Below are positions 23,016 through 32,413 of a stretch of DNA of 64,000 bases, piece by piece. Below the pieces are notes generated by a model, which ran no database searches, was not told where the DNA came from, and was given only the letters and a program-made list of their open reading frames with translations. Position 1 is the stretch's first letter. Each line of letters starts with the position of its first letter. The position numbers and the translations under genes are program-made. This DNA comes from Chthoniobacterales bacterium (GTDB taxonomy: Bacteria; Verrucomicrobiota; Verrucomicrobiia; Chthoniobacterales; Chthoniobacteraceae): assembly GCA_038228205.1 (NCBI GenBank), contig JBBRPL010000027.1:6572-70571 (forward strand), written 5' to 3'.

Positions 23016-23944
23016 GGTCGAGTCAGGGGTGAGTGCTTCATGGTCGTCGCAAACAGCCGACGAAGTTCCTCGTCACTCAGGGCCCGGCCATAGACCGCGA
23101 GGCCTCCGAGAAGACCGGAGAAACCCTCCTCCACGGCGATGGCGCCTTCGGGATAGGAGGGCCATTTCGGATGGTCGCGTTGAGCGATGGTGAAATCCGC
23201 GCCCTTCTCTCCTGCGTCGAAGATCGGTTTGTCCCACGGGAAGGGGTTGCTGTTGCCGTTCGCATCAAGTTCACCGTCATGATAGACGCGCAACGTCTTC
23301 GTATCGAAGGTAAAGGCGAGCATCTGCCACTCATTCGCTGGGATCATGCGTTTGCCGGTGGCATAGGAAAAACAGAAGGGCTTTCCGGGGGTGGCGCCGC
23401 CCACATCAGAAACGTAGCCGTGGGTTTGATGGTGGGCGTCAGTGCGTTCAAGCGTGGTATAATCGGTCTGCTTGTGGCCCGAGGTAAACAGCGCATACTG
23501 CCGATTCCGGCCGCGCTCGTCCCACATGCCGGCGAGATACTGCCATTTTTGATCGCCCTGGCGCTGCAACCACGCAACGACGGTGACCTCCTGTCGCCCA
23601 TGAATATTCAGCGCGGGGCACTGCTCGCGCGGAATGCGCAACCACTGGCCGCGCTCGATCTTTAACGAGGATGTCCCGAAGATTCCCTGCGCCACGCGAA
23701 CGATCGGGCCGTTCATTTCCTGGAGTATGTAGGCATTCCTGCCTTTGCTCGCGAGCCCGCCTGCGCCCGCTTCACGAAAATCCCAGAAACAAATCAGATT
23801 CGGAATCGAGACCGGGCTGAAAGGGATTCTTGCGGATTCTTCGCCGGACGCGTGCGACGGTGGGAGCAAGCCCACCAACGCCGCGCCAATGACGCCAAGG
23901 ATGGCTGGCAAGGGCGAAATGCAGGGGAAATTCTTCATGGGCAT
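23012..23944 (-). CDS. Secreted LamG/concanavalin-like jelly-roll protein
   Basis: FWDF, TVVAW, WQMLAFTFD..LRVYHDG, FSGLLGGLAVYGRALS; ATGA overlap with the downstream gene. Confidence 0.78.
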   Translation of the reverse strand: MPMKNFPCISPLPAILGVIGAALVGLLPPSHASGEESARIPFSPVSIPNLICFWDFREAGAGGLASKGRNAYILQEMNGPIVRVAQGIFGTSSLKIERGQWLRIPREQCPALNIHGRQEVTVVAWLQRQGDQKWQYLAGMWDERGRNRQYALFTSGHKQTDYTTLERTDAHHQTHGYVSDVGGATPGKPFCFSYATGKRMIPANEWQMLAFTFDTKTLRVYHDGELDANGNSNPFPWDKPIFDAGEKGADFTIAQRDHPKWPSYPEGAIAVEEGFSGLLGGLAVYGRALSDEELRRLFATTMKHSPLTRP

Positions 23945-24073
23945 GCAGCCGCTGGGTGGGAACAATAGCATCCCGAACCCCGATGCGCTCACTTCGTTGC
24001 GCTGGCACTGAAGGTCATGAATCCACCGATTCCTCTGGCCACCATCCCGCCCGCTTTGCACCTGCTTTGTGAA

Positions 24074-25234
24074 TCAGTGGCGACTAACATCGGCGAGGCA
24101 GGACAGGACATAGCGACTCTCATCCGGTGTCATCCCCGGATAGAGCGGCAACAAGAGCACGTTATCCCGCGCGGTCTCGGAGGCTGGGAGGTGGCAGGGC
24201 CCGTCGGCGGCGTAGGCCGGCTCCTGATGGATGTTCATAATGCCGCGACGCGTCATCACCCGCAGATCGAGCAGGTGCTGCATGAGTTGATCGCGCGAAA
24301 GTGGATACTCCGGCGTCACGCGCACGGCGTAGGATTGAAAGTTCGAGCGGGCGTCCTCGGGGATCGCCGGTGCGGCCAGGCCGGGAATCTCCGCCAACCC
24401 TTGGGCATAAACCTCGGCCTGGCGGTGGCGCTCGACGAGCATTTCCGGCAAGCGCCGAAGCTGAACCCGGCCCACGGCAGCCTGGACGTCGGACATGCGA
24501 TAGTTGAAGCCCACCTCGGGATATTCCTCGAAAACGACCTCACTAGCCTGGTGCCGAGCGGTGTCGGAAATGCTCATCGCGTGGTGGCGCAAGAGGCGGA
24601 ACCTGCGGTCGAGTGCGGGGTCCGATGTCGTCAACATCCCTCCCTCGCCGGTGGTGATCAACTTGCGGGGATGAAAGGAAAAACATGCGATCAGGCCATG
24701 CGGCCGCCCGATCCGTTTCCATCGGCTGGCGACATTCAGTTCGCTGCCAACGGCGCAAGCCGCGTCCTCGACGACGGGAAGTTGGTGACGTGTCGCGACT
24801 TCCAGGATCGCCGCCATGTCGCAAGGCAGGCCGATCTGATGCACCGGCAGAATCGCCCGTGTGCGCGGCGTGATGGCCCGCTCCAGCAGAGCCGGTTCCA
24901 TGTTAAAAGTACGAGGATCGATGTCGACAAACACGGGCCGGGCGCCGCAGTAGCGGACGGCGTTGGCCGTCGCGATGAAAGTGTGGCTCACGGTGAGCAC
25001 CTCATCGCCCGTTCCCACGCCGAGCGCGTGCAGAGCGAGATGGAGGGCGGACGTCCCGCTGGCCACGGCGCAGGCGTGGGGCGCGCCGACAAACTCCGCG
25101 AACTCGCGCTCGAACGCCGCCACCTCCGGACCCTGCGTGACCCAACCCGAGAGCAACACCTCGCGCACCGCCGCAGCCTCTTCTTCGCCAAGGGCCGGCC
25201 GGGCCACGGGAATCATGGGGCGTTCCGCGTTCAC
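24074..25234 (-). CDS. DegT/DnrJ/EryC1/StrS sugar aminotransferase
   Basis: SGTSALHL, VEDAACA, SFHPRKLITTGEGG, GFNYRMSD. Confidence 0.93.
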   Translation of the reverse strand: MNAERPMIPVARPALGEEEAAAVREVLLSGWVTQGPEVAAFEREFAEFVGAPHACAVASGTSALHLALHALGVGTGDEVLTVSHTFIATANAVRYCGARPVFVDIDPRTFNMEPALLERAITPRTRAILPVHQIGLPCDMAAILEVATRHQLPVVEDAACAVGSELNVASRWKRIGRPHGLIACFSFHPRKLITTGEGGMLTTSDPALDRRFRLLRHHAMSISDTARHQASEVVFEEYPEVGFNYRMSDVQAAVGRVQLRRLPEMLVERHRQAEVYAQGLAEIPGLAAPAIPEDARSNFQSYAVRVTPEYPLSRDQLMQHLLDLRVMTRRGIMNIHQEPAYAADGPCHLPASETARDNVLLLPLYPGMTPDESRYVLSCLADVSRH

Positions 25235-26226
25235 TTCTCCCCTTCCCCAGCCCGGCGCCAGGCGAGCATGCGGCGCAGGCCTTCCGCGAGCGGGACCGAG
25301 GCGCGAAAGCCAAGTTCCCGCCAGGCCCGGCTCGTGTCTCCCAGGCGGCGTGGGATGGGATTGACCTTGCGCGGCGGCTGAAACTCGGGCGGCAACACTT
25401 CTCCCCGGAAGCCCGCCTCACGGGTGGCCTCGACGATGGCCTGCCACAGTTCGGCGAGCGAAGTCGCCACCCCGCTGGCCACGTTGTAAACGTCATCGTG
25501 CCTATCGGCGACCAGGGCGAGCAGGTTGGCCCGGGCCACCTCCTCGACGTAGATGCAATCCATGGCAGCCGAACCGTCGCCGTGAATGACAGGCCCTTCC
25601 CCGCGCGCGGCGGCATCCAACCAGCGGATGAAGACCTCGGTATAGGCCCCTGTGACATCCATGCGCGGCCCGTAGACGTTGAAGTAACGCAGCCCCACGC
25701 TGGGCAGCCCGTAGGTGTCGCGCCAACTGCGCGCCAGCCCTTCGTTCATGAGCTTGGCGGCCCCGTAGAGCGTGCGGTTGGCATACGGGTGGTGCTCCTC
25801 CGGCGTGGGAAAGACCTCCGCGGCTCCATAAACGGACGCCGACGAAGCATACACCACTTTGCGCACCCGATGCTCGACGGCTGCCTCGAACACATTGCAG
25901 GTCCCATCGATCAGCACATCGAGGCAATCGCGCGGCCGCTCCGCGCAAAGGGTGATCCGCAGTGCGGCTTGGTGAATGACGTAGTCACACCCAGCCACCG
26001 CCTGCTCGACCGCCGCTCGATCCCGCACGTCGCCTGGCAAAAACAACACGCGTCCGGGCGATCGGGACAGCGCCGCCGCAAGATGCTCGCGCCGGCCGCG
26101 CACGAGATTGTCGAGCACGCGCACCTGCGCAACGTCTTCGTTCAGGAGTTGATCAACGATGTGCGACCCGATCAGCCCGGCCCCGCCCGTGACGAGCACC
26201 GTGGCGCCTTCCAGAGGATAGGTCAT
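25231..26226 (-). CDS. NAD-dependent epimerase/dehydratase (extended SDR)
   Basis: VTGGAGLIG, ASSASVYG, YGAAK, LRYFNVYGP. Confidence 0.92.
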   Translation of the reverse strand: MTYPLEGATVLVTGGAGLIGSHIVDQLLNEDVAQVRVLDNLVRGRREHLAAALSRSPGRVLFLPGDVRDRAAVEQAVAGCDYVIHQAALRITLCAERPRDCLDVLIDGTCNVFEAAVEHRVRKVVYASSASVYGAAEVFPTPEEHHPYANRTLYGAAKLMNEGLARSWRDTYGLPSVGLRYFNVYGPRMDVTGAYTEVFIRWLDAAARGEGPVIHGDGSAAMDCIYVEEVARANLLALVADRHDDVYNVASGVATSLAELWQAIVEATREAGFRGEVLPPEFQPPRKVNPIPRRLGDTSRAWRELGFRASVPLAEGLRRMLAWRRAGEGEK

Positions 26227-27370
26227 GCGCGATCCTTCCTACCCAGACCCGTCCGAAGCGCATCGATCACGCGATCCTGTCGCTCTGGTGAGAGTTCGGG
26301 GAAATGGGCAGCGACAGGCACTCCCGGGCGATCCGCTCTGCCACGGGAAAAGCGCCCGGTTCATGTCCCAAATGCCGATAGGCAGGTTGCAGGGGCACAG
26401 GGACCGGGTAGTGCAGGCCCGTGTGGATGGAAAGGCTCTCCAAGTCACGGCGCATCTCGTCGCGTCGCGAAAGCAGCACGACGTAGAGGTGCCAGGCGTG
26501 CTGGCGATCGGGCGCCTCGACGGGAATCGCCAACGGCAGGTCGGCGAGGAGAGCGCTGTAACGCCCGGCCAGAGCGCGGCGCAGGCGGACCCATTCGTCC
26601 AAGTAGCGCAGTTTCACCTCCAGGACGGCAGCCTGCAAGGCATCCATGCGATAGTTATAGCCGATCTCGTCGTGAACGTGCCGCGTCGTCTGCCCGTGGT
26701 CGCGCAAGGACCGCAGGCGGGCGGCGATGCGCACGTCATTCGTGACCACGGCTCCAGCCTCCCCACAAGCCCCGAGGTTTTTGCCGGGATAAAAACTGAA
26801 GCAACCGCACCAACCCAGGGAACCCGCCTTCTTCCCCTGGTAAAGCGCTCCGTGCGCCTGCGCGGCGTCCTCGATGACCGGCAGATCGAGACGTCGGCCG
26901 AGTTCCAGCAGCGGCTCCATCGCGGCTGGCTGGCCATAGAGGTGGACCGCCACGATCGCACGCGTACGGGGCGAGATCCGACGTTGCACCTGTTCCACAT
27001 CGATCGTGTAGGTGACCGGATCGACATCCACAAAAACGGGCGTGGCCCCGAGATAGCTGATGGCCCAGGCTGTGGAAACGAATGTCATGGCCGTCGTGAT
27101 GACTTCATCGCCCGGGCCCACTCCCGCGCAACGCAGGGCCAGATGCAACGCGGAGGTGCCGCTGTTGACCCCCACGCAATGACCGACGCCCAGGTAGCTG
27201 GCAAAGGATTGCTCGAAGGAAGCGACCTTGGGGCCGAGGATGAACTCGCCCGAGTCAACAACCGCAAGCACCGTTTGTCGCACCTCCGCGCCAATGCGCG
27301 CAAGCTGGGCCGGGATATCGACGAGGGGGATGGCTTCGGCGGTGTCGGGAAGTGGCTCAGGGCGTGTCAT
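26223..27370 (-). CDS. DegT-family sugar aminotransferase with an apparent 1-nt frameshift near the 3' end (as-read stop 26267)
   Basis: NSGTSAL, VHLYGQ, EDAAQAHGA, SFYPGKNLGA.GE; the C-terminus continues in a shifted frame to a stop overlapping the next ATG. Confidence 0.85.
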
Positions 27371-27467
27371 GCACTTTCGTTGTTAGAAAAAGACGCGAAT
27401 AGATCAACAACTGGAAATGCATTCCGCCATCCGGAGCGTGCCGCTCTCGTCTCGCGACAAGATGGCA

Positions 27468-28679
27468 TCAAACGCTCTGGCCATCGTGTTCCAGCCCTTC
27501 CATTAGATCCCGCTCCCCCAGAACGCGAGCCGGATTGCCCGCCACGACGCTTCCCGGTGTGACATCGTGCGTCACCACCGCGCCAGCCCCCACCAGGGCA
27601 TTCTCCCCGATGATGACTCCGGCCAAAATCACTGCGCCGCTGCCGATCGAGGCCCCCTGGCAGACCCTCGTCGAGATGACCTGCCAGTCCGCTTCCGTCT
27701 GTGGCCGGCCGGCCGCCGTCGCGCGTGGGTCGAGGTCGTTGATGAACATGACTCCGTGGCCGACAAACACTTCATCCTCGATGGCCACCCCTTCACACAC
27801 GAACGTGTGGCTGGAGATCTTGCAGCGCGCACCGATCCGGGCGCCTTTCTGCACTTCCACGAAGGACCCAAGCCGCGTGTCATCCCCGATCGCGCAGCCG
27901 TAGAGATTGACAAAGGAATGCATGCGCACGCGCTCACCCAGGCGCACATCGGCGGCGATGCGCAGAGCGCTGGCCGGATCGGCGCGCGCGTGCGAATCGG
28001 GCAGAGCCTTTCCGACTGGCCCGCGAAAACGCGCCGGGTTGCCGAACACCATGCTATTCTCCGCCACATCCCCCAAGACCACGCTACCCATGCCGACGAG
28101 GCTGCCGTCCCCGATGCGGAGCTTTTCGCGGATACAGGAGTTGGTCCCCAAATAGCACCGCGCACCCACGACCGTCTCCCCCGCCACGCTGACACCACCC
28201 GTGATGCAAGTGTAGTCCCCGATCGCCGAATCGTGACTAACCAGAGCATTCGGACCGACGAACACGTGGCTGCCGATGCAGACATTCGAACAGATGGTGG
28301 AATTGGCGAAGACCACCGCGCCCGGGCCCAGCGACGCACTTCGGGAAACGCTCGCGGCGGGATGCACGAGGGTGGCAAACCGATCAACGGAGATCCCCGC
28401 GCGGACGATGATTTCGTCCTTCCTCCAAAAATTGGCCGGGCTGCCGATGCCATTGACGAACCAGACGCCCGCGTGGTCCCGGGCGGAGGCCAGGCTGCCT
28501 AACACCGGAATGTCCGCGATCGTCTGGTCCCACCGCGTCTTTTCGTCATCCAGCACTCCCATGCACTCGTACGATTGCTGGCCCGGGGCCTGACGCATGG
28601 CGTCGATCAAGTCGATGATCTCCGCGCTGTTGCGGCCGGCGCCGAGGAGAATGAGCTTTCGTGCCGGCATGCGCGTCAT
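27468..28679 (-). CDS. Tandem hexapeptide acyltransferase fusion (NeuD/PglD-like + WbpD/WlbB-like)
   Basis: N-half LILLGAG, GIGSP, TLVHP, VFGNPAR; C-half NLYGC.IG..T, ISSHTFVCEGV, GHGVMFIND, VAGNPAR. Confidence 0.85.
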   Translation of the reverse strand: MTRMPARKLILLGAGRNSAEIIDLIDAMRQAPGQQSYECMGVLDDEKTRWDQTIADIPVLGSLASARDHAGVWFVNGIGSPANFWRKDEIIVRAGISVDRFATLVHPAASVSRSASLGPGAVVFANSTICSNVCIGSHVFVGPNALVSHDSAIGDYTCITGGVSVAGETVVGARCYLGTNSCIREKLRIGDGSLVGMGSVVLGDVAENSMVFGNPARFRGPVGKALPDSHARADPASALRIAADVRLGERVRMHSFVNLYGCAIGDDTRLGSFVEVQKGARIGARCKISSHTFVCEGVAIEDEVFVGHGVMFINDLDPRATAAGRPQTEADWQVISTRVCQGASIGSGAVILAGVIIGENALVGAGAVVTHDVTPGSVVAGNPARVLGERDLMEGLEHDGQSV

Positions 28680-29500
28680 GCCGGGAAAGGCCGCCGAGGA
28701 GGCGAAGAGAGGAGCATGCCATCATGCTCTCCAGAGCTTCCAGGCGCACGCGCGCCATCGCGCCACGCGCGGTTGATGTCCCCCAACCGGGCCGTCGGCG
28801 CCCGCGAGGTGGCGATATGATCCAGCACTTCCTCGAACAGCGTTCCCACTCCCCGGCCAGGGGAGCGGGCCGCGGTCAGGCGTCCACCATCGTGGTAGAA
28901 CGACTTCGTTTCCGCGTAGTGGCCCTCGTCGACGGCGTTGATGAAAATCATGTTGGGATGAAAGGCCAGCACCTTCAAGCCGGGCTCGTCCAGCTTGAGA
29001 TTCGAGACCCGAAAATCCGTCATCCCCACCATCAGGTCATGATGATCCATATAGCAGATCGGCAGTTCCAGGATCCCGTATTCCCGCAGCGACGGGACGA
29101 GGCCCGTCGCGCCGGGCAGGAAGCAACCGCTGTGGTACTCGATCCCATACCTGGCGAAAACCGGTAGAAGTTCCGAGTCATAAAACAGACTGTGCGACCG
29201 AATCCCGACTCCTTCCGGGCAGAAGGCCATGGTCGTCTTGATGACATGCTCGTAAATCGTCGCTTCGTCTGCCGGTGCAGCGCCAGGGCCGAGAGATTCG
29301 CGAAACTGCCGGAGAGTATCGCCCCGACGCCGGAAGTTCGGGTGCAAGGCTCGCTCGTGCCCGGGAACACAGATTCCCGCATGGGTGCAAAAGAACGTCG
29401 CCGGGATGGAGCGCGCATCGAGCAACCCGACCACGTAGGCCAGCACCTCGGGATGCACCCATTCGACATCGATCGTGAGGCAGATGAAATCCCAGTCCAC
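28676..29500 (-). CDS. WbmS-like polysaccharide deacetylase
   Basis: GTG start 29500: LTIDVEW, ATFFCTH, LHPNF, RSHSL, LAFHP. Confidence 0.72.
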   Translation of the reverse strand: MDWDFICLTIDVEWVHPEVLAYVVGLLDARSIPATFFCTHAGICVPGHERALHPNFRRRGDTLRQFRESLGPGAAPADEATIYEHVIKTTMAFCPEGVGIRSHSLFYDSELLPVFARYGIEYHSGCFLPGATGLVPSLREYGILELPICYMDHHDLMVGMTDFRVSNLKLDEPGLKVLAFHPNMIFINAVDEGHYAETKSFYHDGGRLTAARSPGRGVGTLFEEVLDHIATSRAPTARLGDINRAWRDGARAPGSSGEHDGMLLSSPPRRPFPA

Positions 29501-29504
29501 TCGG

Positions 29505-30461
29505 TCAATTTTGGCTATCGGAGTCGGCGCCCGCTGCTCCCGGGTTGGCCCACGCTGGAATCGTCTGAGGGCGGGTGGAAGGGTCCGTTTCCCAAGCGAA
29601 CCGCAGCAGGTCGCGACCGGCCTCCGGTGCGGCTGCGGCGAACGCCTGCTGGGCGTTGGTCGTGGCCTCCTGGGCCAGGCGGTGATTGGCCATTTGTTGC
29701 AATTCCACGGCATTCGGCACCTGACGCCCATGTTCCCGGAAGAAACTGTCGAAGGCGGCCTTGCGCTGCCGGAGATCCAGGACGCCCGGGAAGCGAAGGT
29801 GCATGGCGGCGGCGTGCTGGCGGTAGTAGGCCTGCTTCGCCCGGACCATCCCGATCCGCCCATGGAGGCCCATGCGCAACGCCATCTCCAGATCCGCGGA
29901 ATGCGGGAGCGTCTCCCGAAAGTGACCGCACTTTTTCTGGACGGCCGTTCGCGCCAGCGCCGTCGAAGCGTGATGGCCGACAATGTTCTTGCTGCTTCGG
30001 CAGAATTTCTCGAACCACGAGGCTGGGCTAAACTGGAGACACGGGTATTGCGCCGGCGGATCGTATTTTTCGGCGGAGGGATCGGAAGTGAGAATGGATT
30101 CACCAAATGTTACCCCCATTTCCGGGCATTTCTCCATGAGGAACAGCGCGCGGTCCAGAGCCCCTGGCGTCAGCACATCATCCGCGGACAGCAGCAGGGA
30201 ATAGTCTGCCTCAGCCCAGTCCAGCCCTTCATTGTAGGTCGCGATGTGGCCGCGATTGATGGCATGCCGCCGGTACGAGACGCGCGCATCTTCCGCCACG
30301 AGCGCGGCGGCGATGGCCGGCGTGTCATCGGGTGACGCGTCATCGAGAATGAGCACGCGCACTTCGACGTTCTTCTGCTGGAGAACGCTTTGCACGCACT
30401 CCCGCAGGAAATGTCCGTATTCGTAACAAGGGACCGCCAGATCAACCCCTCTCATGACCAC
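29505..30461 (-). CDS. Glycosyltransferase family 2
   Basis: VPCYEYGHFL, ILDDASPD, LLSADD, SADLEM. Confidence 0.88.
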   Translation of the reverse strand: MVMRGVDLAVPCYEYGHFLRECVQSVLQQKNVEVRVLILDDASPDDTPAIAAALVAEDARVSYRRHAINRGHIATYNEGLDWAEADYSLLLSADDVLTPGALDRALFLMEKCPEMGVTFGESILTSDPSAEKYDPPAQYPCLQFSPASWFEKFCRSSKNIVGHHASTALARTAVQKKCGHFRETLPHSADLEMALRMGLHGRIGMVRAKQAYYRQHAAAMHLRFPGVLDLRQRKAAFDSFFREHGRQVPNAVELQQMANHRLAQEATTNAQQAFAAAAPEAGRDLLRFAWETDPSTRPQTIPAWANPGAAGADSDSQN

Positions 30462-30644
30462 GAAAAATCTCGAGCCCTCACCATTCCCTTGCCCACGTCA
30501 GCCAAAAATTCCCGGCGGTTGCGATTCGTTTTCGGAGGCATATTCGCTGAGTGTTACGTGCCACTCGTACTCATTGGCGTCATTTTGTCTATCTTCGATG
30601 AGGTGCGTCGATTAGATCTCTGCCCAGCGGATTGATTTCCCCCC

Positions 30645-32171
30645 ATGCGCTCGTTGCAATCATCCCTGTTTCTAGCGATCCTAGCCGTGACGGCGTCCTC
30701 GCGCGCCCAGCAACAGAACGTCCTGGACGTCGGCAATCGCAGCCAACTCTTCATCGATTCCCAGGCTGTGTATGAAGCGCGGGGCATCACCTTCACCCCG
30801 CACGCTGCCCGGAAGCATCCGAATAATCCCCTGGTCGTAGCTGACCAGCCTTGGGAAGGCTGGTACGTCACCGTATTTTCCAGCACGGTGCTCTTCGACG
30901 AAGCGGCGAAGCGCTTCAAAATGTGGTATCGCGTCCCGGGGAATCCCGAGTTTTTCGAAGATGGCGCCATCTGCTACGCGACCAGCGCGGATGGACTGCA
31001 CTGGGAAAAGCCGGCGATCGGAACCGTGAAAAGCCACAATGGCCAGGCGCACAATGCGGTCGCGCCGTTCTTTAGCCCGAGCGTTTTTCTCGATGCGGGT
31101 GAGGTCGATCCGTCGCGTCGCTACAAGATGGTGTGCTTTGACAAAAGTCGAGGATACCTGACGATGCTTTCTCCCGACGGCCTCCACTGGACGGAACTAA
31201 GTTCCACGGCATTCGTTCCCATCTCCTACGTCGATGACGTGATCTCCGCCTTTCGCGATCGGCGGACGGGCCAGTTCGTTGCCCTGCCGAAGATGTCGAC
31301 GCCGGTGTTCGGACGCGTGCGCCGCACCATTTACAGCAGCGGAAGCTACGATTTCCAACATTGGTCGAAGATCGAACCCGCCATCGTGGCAGACCGCCGC
31401 GATGACCTCGGCTCATTAGCGCGCATCGAACGCTCCCGAGCCTTGCTGAACTTTCCCGATAATTTCAACGTGATGCGAACGGAGTTCTACGGCTCGGGCG
31501 CGTACTCCGCTGAAAGCTGCGTGATCGGATTTCCGTGGGTCTTTACGGTGAACACCAACGTTCCGGGAGGAAAGAATCAAGAAGGGCCGATCGAAGTGCA
31601 ACTGGCCGTGACGCGCGACCTGGAGCGGTGGGAGCGACCGTTTCGCACTCCGATGATTCCCGTGGGAAGCCCCAGCGATTGGGACCGCGGCATGGTCCTT
31701 TCCGCATCGCAAGCAATCGACGTCGGCGATGAGGTGTGGCTTTACTACGGGGGCACGAATTACACGCACGGCGCGCCCGTGTTGTACGGAAAAGATCAGG
31801 ATGATCGCGGCAAGAAATATCAAGGGGCCATCGGGCTGGCCATTTGGCCGCGAGACCGTTTCGTCTCGGCGGATGTCGCCGCCGAGGGAGGAACGCTGAC
31901 CACTGTCCCCATGCGCTTTGCCGGCGACCATCTTGAAATCAACGCACGCACACGCGACGGGGGCGAAATCCGCGTGGAGGTGGTGGACGCAGCAGGGCGG
32001 CCATTGGAAGGGATCGGGATGTCGAAGCCGTTTGTGGGTGACGGTCTGCGGTCCCCCGTCCAATTCTCCGGGTCAGCCAGCCTTGGCTCCTTTGCCGGCC
32101 GGCCCGTCTGCTTGCGATTTCATTTGCGCAACGCGGAGCTGTACGCCTTCGCCTTTCGCGGTGTGCGGTAA
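30645..32171 (+). CDS. Secreted five-bladed beta-propeller glycoside-hydrolase-like protein (GH32/43/130 type)
   Basis: Signal peptide; NP...DQPWE, MWY, YATSADGLHWEKP, SPDG..W, DEVWLYY, RDRFVS. Confidence 0.72.
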   Translation: MRSLQSSLFLAILAVTASSRAQQQNVLDVGNRSQLFIDSQAVYEARGITFTPHAARKHPNNPLVVADQPWEGWYVTVFSSTVLFDEAAKRFKMWYRVPGNPEFFEDGAICYATSADGLHWEKPAIGTVKSHNGQAHNAVAPFFSPSVFLDAGEVDPSRRYKMVCFDKSRGYLTMLSPDGLHWTELSSTAFVPISYVDDVISAFRDRRTGQFVALPKMSTPVFGRVRRTIYSSGSYDFQHWSKIEPAIVADRRDDLGSLARIERSRALLNFPDNFNVMRTEFYGSGAYSAESCVIGFPWVFTVNTNVPGGKNQEGPIEVQLAVTRDLERWERPFRTPMIPVGSPSDWDRGMVLSASQAIDVGDEVWLYYGGTNYTHGAPVLYGKDQDDRGKKYQGAIGLAIWPRDRFVSADVAAEGGTLTTVPMRFAGDHLEINARTRDGGEIRVEVVDAAGRPLEGIGMSKPFVGDGLRSPVQFSGSASLGSFAGRPVCLRFHLRNAELYAFAFRGVR

Positions 32172-32413
32172 GGCTGGCGGCATCATTCGCGAGGGCCGGG
32201 CGGGTTTGCAGACACCATGTTAGCAAGTTGCCGCCGTGGATTTTCGGCCAAGGATTCCATGTCCCTAAGGTTGATTCGGGGAACCCCCCTCAATGCGCAC
32301 GAGATTCTCCCCTCGCCGGTCCCGGCGATCCGCTTGCTCATTGCGATAATCGACCCTCAACAACACCCAACAGGATTGCCGCGGATCAATCCCGACGATC
32401 CAAGGAATTTCAC

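Noticed and set aside
29501-30106. N-terminal extension of the deacetylase ORF
   Set aside because: Overlaps the GT2 gene in another frame; homology-like sequence begins at GTG 29500
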